64,000 nt of DNA from Eledone cirrhosa (Eukaryota), in contig OZ024742.1 in NCBI GenBank assembly GCA_964016885.1, positions 375,410,001 through 375,474,000 on the forward strand. Reading direction: 5' to 3'. Under the pieces are notes generated by a model. That model was not told the origin of the DNA, made no database searches, and saw nothing but the letters and a program-made list of their open reading frames with translations. Positions 49,201 through 60,600 of the stretch are shown piece by piece. Made by a program: the position numbers and the translations under genes. Within the stretch, counting starts at the first letter, position 1. The number at the start of each line of letters is the position of its first letter.

Positions 49201-52200
49201 TTCTTCTGTACTTTTGATTTCTTCTGTGCCTTTGACTTCTTCTCTGCCTTTGACTTCTTCTGTGCTTTTGACTTCTTCTGTGCCTTTGACTTCTTCTGTG
49301 CCTTTGACTTCTTCTCTGCCGTTGACTTCTTCTGTGCCTTTGACTTCTTCTGTGCCTTTGTGTCTTCTGTGCCTTTGACTTCTTCTGTGCTTTTTTTTTC
49401 TTCTGTGCTTTTGACTTCTTCTGTGCCTTTGAATTCTTCTGTGCCTTTAACTTCTTCTGTGCTTTTGACTTATACTGTGCCATTGACTTCTTCTGTGCCT
49501 TTGACTTCTTCTGTGCTTTTGACTTCTTCTGTGCCTTTGACTTCTTCTGTGCCTTTGACTTCTTCTGTGCCTTTGTCTTCTTCTGTGCCTTTGACCTCTT
49601 CTGTGCCTTTGACTTCTTCTGTGCTTTTGTTTTCTTCTGTGCTTTTGACTTCTTCTGTGCCTTTGTCTTCTTCTGTGCCTTTGACTTCTTCTGTGCCTTT
49701 GACTTCTTCTGTGCCTTTGACTTCTTCTGTTCTTTTGACTTCTTCTGTACCTTTGACTTCTTCTGTGCTTTTGACTTCTTCTGTGCCTTTGACTTCTTCT
49801 GTGCTTTTGACTTCTTCTGTGCCTTTGACTTCTTCTGTGCCTTTGTCTTCTTCTGTGCCTTTGACTTCTTCTGTGCCTTTGTCTTCTTCTGTGCTTTTGA
49901 CTTCTTCTGTGCCTTTGTCTTCTTCTGTGCCTTTGTCTTCTTCTGTGCTTTTGTCTTCTTCTGTGCCTTTGTCTTCTTCTGTGCCTTTGTCTTCTTCTGT
50001 GCCTTTGTCTTCTTCTGTGCTTTTGTTTTCTTCTGTGCTTTTGACTTCTTCTGTGCCTTTGACTTCTTCTGTGCCTTTGACTTCTTCTGTGCTTTTGACA
50101 TCTTCTGAGCCTTTGACTTCTTCTGTGCCTTTGACTTCTTCTGTGCCTTTGTCTTCTTCTGTGCCTTTGACTTCTTCTGTGCTTTTGTCTTCTTCTGTGC
50201 CTTTGACTTCTTTTGTGCTTTTGTTTTCTTCTGTGCTTTTCTCTTCTTCTGTGCCTTTGTCTTCTTCTGTGCCTTTGACTTCTTCTGTGCTTTTGTTTTC
50301 TTCTGTGCCTTTAACTTCTTCTGTGCCTTTGACTTCTTCTGTGCCTTTAACTTCTTCTGTGCTTTTGACTTCTTCTGTGCCTTTGACTTCTTCTGTGCCT
50401 TTGACTTCTTCTGTGCTTTTGACTTCTTCTGTGCCTTTGACTTCTTCTGTGCCTTTGACTTCTTCTGTGCCTTTGTCTTCTTCTGTGCCTTTGACTTCTT
50501 CTGTGCCTTTGACTTCTTCTGTGCCTTTGACTTCTTCTGTGCCTTTGACTTCGTCTGTGCTTTTGTTTTCTTCTGTGCTTTTGACTTCTTCTGTGCCTTT
50601 GACTTCTTCTGTGCTTTTGTTTTCTTCTGTGCTTTTGACTTCTTCTGTGCCTTTGTCTTCTTCTGTGCCTTTGACTTCTTCTGTGCCTTTGACTTCTTCT
50701 GTGCCTTTGACTTCTTCTGTTCTTTTGACTTCTTCTGTACCTTTGACTTCTTCTGTGCTTTTGACTTCTTCTGTGCCTTTGACTTCTTCTGTGCTTTTGA
50801 CTTCTTCTGTGCCTTTGACTTCTTCTGTGCCTTTGTCTTCTTCTGTGCCTTTGACTTCTTCTGTGCCTTTGTCTTCTTCTGTGCTTTTGACTTCTTCTGT
50901 GCCTTTGTCTTCTTCTGTGCCTTTGTCTTCTTCTGTGCTTTTGTCTTCTTCTGTGCCTTTGTCTTCTTCTGTGCCTTTGTCTTCTTCTGTGCCTTTGTCT
51001 TCTTCTGTGCCTTTGTCTTCTTCTGTGCCTTTGTCTTCTTCTGCGCTTTTGTTTTCTTCTGTGCTTTTGACTTCTTCTGTGCCTTTGACTTCTTCTGTGC
51101 CTTTGACCTCTTCTGTGCCTTTGACTTCTTCTGTGCTTTTGTTTTCTTCTGTGCTTTTGACTTCTTCTGTGCCTTTGTCTTCTTCTGTGCCTTTGACTTC
51201 TTCTGTGCCTTTGACTTCTTCTGTGCCTTTGACTTCTTCTGTTCTTTTGACTTCTTCTGTGCCTTTGACTTCTTCTGTGCTTTTGACTTCTTCTGTGCCT
51301 TTGACTTCTTCTGTGCTTTTGACTTCTTCTGTGCCTTTGACTTCTTCTGTGCCTTTGTCTTCTTCTGTGCCTTTGACTTCTGTGCCTTTGTCTTCTTCTG
51401 TGCTTTTGAATTCTTCTGTGCCTTTGTCTTCTTCTGTGCCTTTGTCTTCTTCTGTGCTCTTGTCTTCTTCTGTGCATTTGTCTTCTTCTGTGCCTTTGTC
51501 TTCTTCTGTGCCTTTGTCTTCTTCTGTGCTTTTGTTTTCTTCTGTGCTTTTGACTTCTTCTGTGCCTTTGACTTCTTCTGTGCCTTTGACTTCTTCTGTG
51601 CTTTTGACATCTTCTGTGCCTTTGACTTCTTCTGTGCCTTTGACTTCTTCTGTGCCTTTGTCTTCTTCTGTGCCTTTGACTTCTTCTGTGCTTTTGTCTT
51701 CTTCTGTGCCTTTGACTTCTTCTGTGCTTTTGACTTCTTCTGTGCCTTTGACTTCTTTTGTGCTTTTGTTTTCTTCTGTGCTTTTGACTTCTTCTGTGCC
51801 TTTGACTTCTTCTGTGCCTTTGACTTCTTCTGTGCCTTTGACTTCTTCTGTGCTTTTCTCTTCTTCTGTGCCTTTGACTTCTTCTGTGCTTTTGACTTCT
51901 TCTGTGCCTTTGACTTCGGCTGTGCTTTTGTTTTCTTCTGTGCCTTTGACTTCTTCTGTGCCTTTGACTTCTTCTGTGCATTTGACTTCTTCTGTGCTTT
52001 TGACTTCTTCTGTGCCTTTGACTTCTTCTGTGCCTTTGACTTCTTCTGTGCCTTTGACTTCTTCTGTGCCTTAGACTTCTTCTGTGCTTTTGTTTTCTTC
52101 TGTGCTTTTGACTTCTTCTGTGCCTTTGTCTTCTTCTGTGCCTTTGACTTCTTCTGTGCTTTTGACTTCTTCTGTGCCTTTGACTTCTTCTGTGCCTTTG

Positions 52201-54190
52201 ACTTCTTCTGTGCCTTTGTCTTCTTCTGTGCCTTTGACTTCTTCTGTGCCTTTGACTTCTTCTGTGCTTTTGTTTCCTTCTGTGCTTTTGACTTCTTCTG
52301 TGCCTTTGACTTCTTCTGTGCCTTTGACTTCTTCTGTGCCTTTGACTTCTTCTGTGCCTTTGACTTCTTCTGTGCTTTTGTTTTCTTCTGTGCCTTTGAC
52401 TTCTTCTGTGCCTTTGATTTCTTCTGTGCCTTTGACTTCTTCTGTGCCTTTGACTTCTTCTGTGCTTTTGACTTCTTCTGTGCCTTTGACTTCTTCTGTG
52501 GTTTTGACTTCTTCTGTGCCTTTGACTTCTTCTGTGCCTTTGTCTTCTTCTGTGCCTTTGACTTCTTCTGTGCTTTTGACTTCTTCTGTGCTTTTGACTT
52601 CTTCTGTGCCTTTGACTTCTTCTGTGCTTTTGTTTTCTTCTGTACTTTTGATTTCTTCTGTGCCTTTGACTTCTTCTCTGCCTTTGACTTCTTCTGTGCT
52701 TTTGACTTCTTCTGTGCCTTTGACTTCTTCTGTGCCTTTGACTTCTTCTGTGCTTTTGACTTCTTCTGTGCCTTTGACTTCTTCTGTGCCTTTGTGTCTT
52801 CTGTGCCTTTGACTTCTTCTGTGCTTTTTTTTTCTCCTGTGCTTTTGACTTCTTCTGTGCCTTTGAATTCTTCTGTGCCTTTAACTTCTTCTGTGCTTTT
52901 GACTTATACTGTGCCATTGACTTCTTCTGTGCCTTTGACTTCTTCTGTGCTTTTGACTTCTTCTGTGCCTTTGACTTCTTCTGTGCCTTTGACTTCTTCT
53001 GTGCCTTTGTCTTCTTCTGTGCCTTTGACCTCTTCTGTGCCTTTGACTTCTTCTGTGCTTTTGTTTTCTTCTGTGCTTTTGACTTCTTCTGTGCCTTTGT
53101 CTTCTTCTGTGCCTTTGACTTCTTCTGTGCCTTTGACTTCTTCTGTGCCTTTGACTTCTTCTGTTCTTTTGACTTCTTCTGTACCTTTGACTTCTTCTGT
53201 GCTTTTGACTTCTTCTGTGCCTTTGACTTCTTCTGTGCTTTTGACTTCTTCTGTGCCTTTGACTTCTTCTGTGCCTTTGTCTTCTTCTGTGCCTTTGACT
53301 TCTTCTGTGCCTTTGTCTTCTTCTGTGCTTTTGACTTCTTCTGTGCCTTTGTCTTCTTCTGTGCCTTTGTCTTCTTCTGTGCTTTTGTCTTCTTCTGTGC
53401 CTTTGTCTTCTTCTGTGCCTTTGTCTTCTTCTGTGCCTTTGTCTTCTTCTGTGCTTTTGTTTTCTTCTGTGCTTTTGACTTCTTCTGTGCCTTTGACTTC
53501 TTCTGTGCCTTTGACTTCTTCTGTGCTTTTGACATCTTCTGAGCCTTTGACTTCTTCTGTGCCTTTGACTTCTTCTGTGCCTTTGTCTTCTTCTGTGCCT
53601 TTGACTTCTTCTGTGCTTTTGTCTTCTTCTGTGCCTTTGACTTCTTTTGTGCTTTTGTTTTCTTCTGTGCTTTTGACTTCTTCTGTGCCTTTGACTTCTT
53701 CTGTGCCTTTGACTTCTTCTGTGCCTTTGACTTCTTCTGTGCTTTTCTCTTCTTCTGTGCCTTTGTCTTCTTCTGTGCCTTTGACTTCTTCTGTGCTTTT
53801 GTTTTCTTCTGTGCCTTTAACTTCTTCTGTGCCTTTGACTTCTTCTGTGCCTTTAACTTCTTCTGTGCTTTTGACTTCTTCTGTGCCTTTGACTTCTTCT
53901 GTGCCTTTGACTTCTTCTGTGCTTTTGACTTCTTCTGTGCCTTTGACTTCTTCTGTGCCTTTGACTTCTTCTGTGCCTTTGTCTTCTTCTGTGCCTTTGA
54001 CTTCTTCTGTGCCTTTGACTTCTTCTGTGCCTTTGACTTCTTCTGTGCCTTTGACTTCTTCTGTGCTTTTGTTTTCTTCTGTGCTTTTGACTTCTTCTGT
54101 GCCTTTGACTTCTTCTGTGCCTTTGAATTCTTCTGTGCCTTTGACTTCTTCTGTGCCTTTGACTTCTTCTGTGCTTTTGTTTTCTTCTGT
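43290..54190. repeat. Three paralogous blocks (offsets 4316 and 3434 bp), each carrying the same 17-bp frameshifting monomer
   Basis: TAG marker at 44324/48640/52074, 17-bp monomer at 45045/49361/52795, T9 run at 45075/49391/52825. Three near-identical 242-aa ORFs end in CLLCL. Confidence 0.88.
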
Positions 54191-54240
54191 GCTTTTGACT
54201 TCTTCTGTGCCTTTGTCTTCTTCTGTGCCTTTGACTTCTT

Positions 54241-54680
54241 CTGTGCTTTTGACTTCTTCTGTGCTTTTGACTTCTTCTGTGCCTTTGACTTCATCTGTGC
54301 TTTTGACTTCTTCTGTGCCTTTGACTTCTTCTGTGCTTTTGACTTCTTCTGTGCCTTTGACTTCTTCTGTGCCTTTGACTTCTTCTGTGCTTTTGACTTC
54401 TTCTGTGCTTTTGACTTCTTCTGTGCCTTTGACTTCTTCTGTGCTTTTGACTTCTTCTGTGCCTTTGACTTCTTCTGTGCTTTTGACTTCTTCTGTGCCT
54501 TTGACTTCTTCTGTGCCTTTGACTTCTTCTGTGCTTTTGACTTCTTCTGTGCTTTTGACTTCTTCTGTGCCTTTGACTTCTTCTGTGCTTTTGACTTCTT
54601 CTGTGCCTTTGACTTCTTCTGTGCTTTTGACTTCTTCTGTGCCTTTGACTTCTTCTGTGCCTTTGACTTCTTCTGTGCTT
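54241..54680. repeat. 144-bp (8-monomer) micro-HOR, three copies
   Basis: The GCT/GCC state pattern T,T,C,T,C,T,C,C occurs three times in a stretch almost free of other variants. Confidence 0.8.
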
Positions 54681-57600
54681 TTGACTTCTTCTGTGCCTTT
54701 GACTTCTGTGCTTTTGACTTCTTCTGTGCCTTTGACTTCTTCTGTGCCTTTGACTTCTTCTGTGCTTTTGACTTCTTCTGTGCTTTTGACTTCTTCTGTG
54801 CCTTTGACTTCTTCTGTGCTTTTGACTTCTTCTGTGCTTTTGACTTCTTCTGTGCCTTTGACTTCTTCTGTGCCTTTGTCTTCTTCTGTGCCTTTGACTT
54901 CTTCTGTGCCTTTCACTTCTTCTGTGCTTTTGTTTTCTTCTGTGCTTTTGACTTCTTCTGTGCCTTTGACTTCTTCTGTGCCTTTGACTTCTTCTGTGCC
55001 TTTGACTTATCCTGTGCTTTTGACTTCTTCTGTGCTTTTGTTTTCTTCTGTGCTTTTGACTTCTTCTGTGCCTTTGTCTTCTTCTGTGCCTTTGACATCT
55101 TCTGTGCCTTTGACATCTTCAGTGCCTTTGACTTCTTCTGTGCCTTTGACTTCTTCTTTGCCTTTGACTTTTTCTGTGCTTTTGACTTCTTCTGTGCCTT
55201 TGACTTCTTCTGTGCTTTTGACTTCTTCTGTGACTTTGACTTCTTCTGTGCCTTTGACTTCTTCTGTGCCTTTGTCTTCTTCTGTGCTTTTGACTTCTTC
55301 TGTGCCTTTGACTTCTTCTGTGCTTTTGTTTCCTTCTGTGCTTTTGACTTCTTCTGTGCCTTTGACTTCTTCTGTGCCTTTGACTTCTTCTGTGCCTTTG
55401 TCTTCTTCTGTGCCTTTGACCTCTTCTGTGCCTTTGACTTCTTCTGTGCTTTTGTTTTCTTCTGTGCTTTTGACTTCTTCTGTGCCTTTGACTTCTTCTG
55501 TGCCTTTGACTTCTTCTGTGCCTTTGACTTCTTCTGTGCCTTTGACTTCTTCTGTTCTTTTGACTTCTTCTGTGCCTTTGACTTCTTCTGTGCTTTTGAC
55601 TTCTTCTGTGCCTTTGACTTCTTCTGTGCTTTTGACTTCTTCTGTGCCTTTGACTTCTTCTGTGCCTTTGTCTTCTTCTGTGCCTTTGACTTCTGTGCCT
55701 TTGTCTTCTTCTGTGCTTTTGACTTCTTCTGTGCCTTTGTCTTCTTCTGTGCCTTTGTCTTCTTCTGTGCTTTTGTCTTCTTCTATGCATTTGTCTTCTT
55801 CTGTGCCTTTGTCTTCTTCTGTGCCTTTGTCTTCTTCTGTGCTTTTGTTTTCTTCTGTGCTTTTGACTTCTTCTGTGCCTTTGACTTCTTCTGTGCCTTT
55901 GACTTCTTCTGTGCTTTTGACATCTTCTGTGCCTTTGACTTCTTCTGTGCCTTTGACTTCTTCTGTGCCTTTGTCTTCTTCTGTGCCTTTGACTTCTTCT
56001 GTGCTTTTGTCTTCTTCTGTGCCTTTGACTTCTTCTGTGCTTTTGACTTCTTCTGTGCCTTTGACTTCTTTTGTGCTTTTGTTTTCTTCTGTGCTTTTGA
56101 CTTCTTCTGTGCCTTTGACTTCTTCTGTGCCTTTGACTTCTTCTGTGCCTTTGACTTCTTCTGTGCTTTTCTCTTCTTCTGTGCCTTTGACTTCTTCTGT
56201 GCTTTTGTCTTCTTCTGTGCCTTTGACTTCTTCTGTGCTTTTGACTTCTTCTGTGCTTTTGTTTTCTTCTGTGCTTTTGACTTCTTCTGTGCCTTTGTCT
56301 TCTTCTGTGCCTTTGACTTCTTCTGTGCTTTTGACTTCTTCTGTGCCTTTGACTTCTTCTGTGCCTTTGACTTCTTCTGTGCCTTTGTCTTCTTCTGTGC
56401 CTTTGACTTCTTCTGTGCCTTTGACTTCTTCTGTGCTTTTGTTTTCTTCTGTGCCTTTGACTTCTTCTGTGCCTTTGATTTCTTCTGTGCCTTTGACTTC
56501 TTCTGTGCCTTTGACTTCTTCTGTGCTTTTGACTTCTTCTGTGCCTTTGACTTCTTCTGTGCCTTTGACTTCTTCTGTGCTTTTGACTTCTTCTGTGCCT
56601 TTGACTTCTGTGCTTTTGACTTCTTCTGTGCCTTTGACTTCTTCTGTGCCTTTGACTTCTTCTGTGCCTTTGTCTTCTTCTGTGCCTTTGACTTCTTCTG
56701 TGCCTTTGACTTCTTCTGTGCTTTTGTTTTCTTCTGTGCCTTTGACTTCTTCTGTGCCTTTGATTTCTTCTGTGCCTTTGACTTCTTCTGTGCCTTTGAC
56801 TTCTTCTGTGCTTTTGACTTCTTCTGTGCCTTTGACTTCTTCTGTGGTTTTGACTTCTTCTGTGCCTTTGACTTCTTCTGTGCTTTTGACTTCTTCTGTG
56901 CCTTTGACTTCTGTGCTTTTGACTTCTTCTGTGCCTTTGACTTCTTCTGTGCCTTTGACTTCTTCTGTGCTTTTGACTTCTTCTGTGCTTTTGACTTCTT
57001 CTGTGCCTTTGACTTCTTCTGTGCTTTTGACTTCTTCTGTGCTTTTGACTTCTTCTGTGCCTTTGACTTCTTCTGTGCCTTTGTCTTCTTCTGTGCCTTT
57101 GACTTCTTCTGTGCCTTTCACTTCTTCTGTGCTTTTGTTTTCTTCTGTGCTTTTGACTTCTTCTGTGCCTTTGACTTCTTCTGTGCCTTTGACTTCTTCT
57201 GTGCCTTTGACTTATCCTGTGCTTTTGACTTCTTCTGTGCTTTTGTCTTCTTCTGTGCTTTTGACTTCTTCTGTGCCTTTGTCTTCTTCTGTGCCTTTGA
57301 CTTCTTCTGTGCCTTTGACATCTTCAGTGCCTTTGACTTCTTCTGTGCCTTTGACTTCTTCTTTGCCTTTGACTTTTTCTGTGCTTTTGACTTCTTCTGT
57401 GCCTTTGACTTCTTCTGTGCTTTTGACTTCTTCTGTGACTTTGACTTCTTCTGTGCCTTTGACTTCTTCTGTGCCTTTGTCTTCTTCTGTGCTTTTGACT
57501 TCTTCTGTGCCTTTGACTTCTTCTGTGCTTTTGTTTCCTTCTGTGCTTTTGACTTCTTCTGTGCCTTTGACTTCTTCTGTGCCTTTGACTTCTTCTGTGC

Positions 57601-60600
57601 CTTTGACCTCTTCTGTGCCTTTGACTTCTTCTGTGTTTTTGTTTTCTTCTGTGCCTTTGACTTCTTCTGTGCCTTTGATTTCTTCTGTGCCTTTGACTTC
57701 TTCTGTGCCTTTGACTTCTTCTGTGCTTTTGACTTCTTCTGTGCCTTTGACTTCTTCTGTGGTTTTGACTTCTTCTGTGCCTTTGACTTCTTCTGTGCCT
57801 TTGTCTTCTTCTGTGCCTTTGACTTCTTCTGTGCTTTTGACTTCTTCTGTGCTTTTGACTTCTTCTGTGCCTTTGACTTCTTCTGTGCTTTTGTTTTCTT
57901 CTGTACTTTTGACTTCTTCTGTGCCTTTGACTTCTTCTCTGCCTTTGACTTCTTCTGTGCTTTTGACTTCTTCTGTGCCTTTGACTTCTTCTGTGCCTTT
58001 GACTTCTTCTGTGCTTTTGACTTCTTCTGTGCCTTTGACTTCTTCTGTGCCTTTGTCTTCTTCTGTGCCTTTGACTTCTTCTGTGCTTTTGTTTTCTTCT
58101 GTGCTTTTGACTTCTTCTGTGCCTTTGAATTCTTCTGTGCCTTTAACTTCTTCTGTGCTTTTGACTTATACTGTGCCATTGACTTCTTCTGTGCCTTTGA
58201 CATCTTCTGTGCTTTTGACTTCTTCTGTGCCTTTGACTTCTTCTGTGCCTTTGACTTCTTCTGTGCCTTTGTCTTCTTCTGTGCCTTTGACCTCTTCTGT
58301 GCCTTTGACTTCTTCTGTGCTTTTGTTTTCTTCTGTGCTTTTGACTTCTTCTGTGCCTTTGACTTCTTCTGTGCCTTTGACTTCTTCTGTGCCTTTGACT
58401 TCTTCTGTTCTTTTGACTTCTTCTGTGCCTTTGACTTCTTCTGTGCTTTTGACTTCTTCTGTGCCTTTGACTTCTTCTGTGCTTTTGTCTTCTTCTGTGC
58501 CTTTGACTTCTTCTGTGCCTTTGTCTTCTTCTGTGCCTTTGACTTCTGTGCCTTTGTCTTCTTCTGTGCTTTTGACTTCTTCTGTGCCTTTGTCTTCTTC
58601 TGTGCCTTTGTCTTCTTCTGTGCTTTTGTCTTCTTCTATGCATTTGTCTTCTTCTGTGCCTTTGTCTTCTTCTGTGCCTTTGTCTTCTTCTGTGCTTTTG
58701 TTTTCTTCTGTGCTTTTGACTTCTTCTGTGCCTTTGACTTCTTCTGTGCCTTTGACTTCTTCTGTGCTTTTGACATCTTCTGTGCCTTTGACTTCTTCTG
58801 TGCCTTTGACTTCTTCTGTGCCTTTGTCTTCTTCTGTGCCTTTGACTTCTTCTGTGCTTTTGTCTTCTTCTGTGCCTTTGACTTCTTCTGTGCTTTTGAC
58901 TTCTTCTGTGCCTTTGACTTCTTTTGTGCTTTTGTTTTCTTCTGTGCTTTTGACTTCTTCTGTGCCTTTGACTTCTTCTGTGCCTTTGACTTCTTCTGTG
59001 CCTTTGACTTCTTCTGTGCTTTTCTCTTCTTCTGTGCCTTTGACTTCTTCTGTGCTTTTGTCTTCTTCTGTGCCTTTGACTTCTTCTGTGCTTTTGACTT
59101 CTTCTGTGCTTTTGTTTTCTTCTGTGCTTTTGACTTCTTCTGTGCCTTTGTCTTCTTCTGTGCCTTTGACTTCTTCTGTGCTTTTGACTTCTTCTGTGCC
59201 TTTGACTTCTTCTGTGCCTTTGACTTCTTCTGTGCCTTTGTCTTCTTCTGTGCCTTTGACTTCTTCTGTGCCTTTCACTTCTTCTGTGCTTTTGTTTTCT
59301 TCTGTGCCTTTGACTTCTTCTGTGCCTTTGATTTCTTCTGTGCCTTTGACTTCTTCTGTGCCTTTGACTTCTTCTGTGCTTTTGACTTCTTCTGTGCCTT
59401 TGACTTCTTCTGTGGTTTTGACTTCTTCTGTGCCTTTGACTTCTTCTGTGCCTTTGTCTTCTTCTGTGCCTTTGACTTCTTCTGTGCTTTTGACTTCTTC
59501 TGTGCTTTTGACTTCTTCTGTGCCTTTGACTTCTTCTGTGCTTTTGTTTTCTGCTGTACCTTTGACTTCTTCTGTGCCTTTGACTTCTTCTCTGCCTTTG
59601 AATTCTTCTGTGCTTTTGACTTCTTCTGTGCCTTTGACTTCTTCTGTGCCTTTGACTTCTTCTGTGCCTTTGTCTTCTTCTGTGCCTTTGACCTCTTCTG
59701 TGCCTTTGACTTCTTCTGTGCTTTTGTTTTCTTCTGTGCTTTTGACTTCTTCTGTGCCTTTGTCTTCTTCTGTGCCTTTGACTTCTTCTGTGCCTTTGAC
59801 TTCTTCTGTGCCTTTGACTTCTTCTGTTCTTTTGACTTCTTCTGTACCTTTGACTTCTTCTGTGCTTTTGACTTCTTCTGTGCCTTTGACTTCTTCTGTG
59901 CTTTTGACTTCTTCTGTGCCTTTGACTTCTTTTGTGCCTTTGTCTTCTTCTGTGCCTTTGACTTCTTCTGTGCCTTTGTCTTCTTCTGTGCTTTTGACTT
60001 CTTCTGTGCCTTTGTCTTCTTCTGTGCCTTTGTCTTCTCCTGTGCTTTTGTCTTCTTCTGTGCCTTTGTCTTCTTCTGTGCCTTTGTCTTCTTCTGTGCC
60101 TTTGTCTTCTTCTGTGCTTTTGTTTTCTTCTGTGCTTTTGACTTCTTCTGTGCCTTTGACTTCTTCTGTGCCTTTGACTTCTTCTGTGCTTTTGACATCT
60201 TCTGAGCCTTTGACTTCTTCTGTGCCTTTGACTTCTTCTGTGCCTTTGTCTTCTTCTGTGCCTTTGACTTCTTCTGTGCTTTTGTCTTCTTCTGTGCCTT
60301 TGACTTCTTCTGTGCTTTTGACTTCTTCTGTGCCTTTGACTTCTTTTGTGCTTTTGTTTTCTTCTGTGCTTTTGACTTCTTCTGTGCCTTTGACTTCTTC
60401 TGTGCCTTTGACTTCTTCTGTGCCTTTGACTTCTTCTGTGCTTTTCTCTTCTTCTGTGCCTTTGACTTCTTCTGTGCTTTTGTCTTCTTCTGTGCCTTTG
60501 ACTTCTTCTGTGCTTTTGACTTCTTCTGTGCCTTTGACTTCTTCTGTGCTTTTGTTTTCTTCTGTGCCTTTGACTTCTTCTGTGCCTTTGACTTCTTCTG

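Noticed and set aside
52904-59278. Assigning the three EEVKGT ORFs to neurofilament (NEFH/NEFM) or a named antigen gene
   Set aside because: The similarity is only low-complexity. There is no KSP proline, rod domain or unique sequence, the starts are GTG variants and the stops are recurrent array variants.
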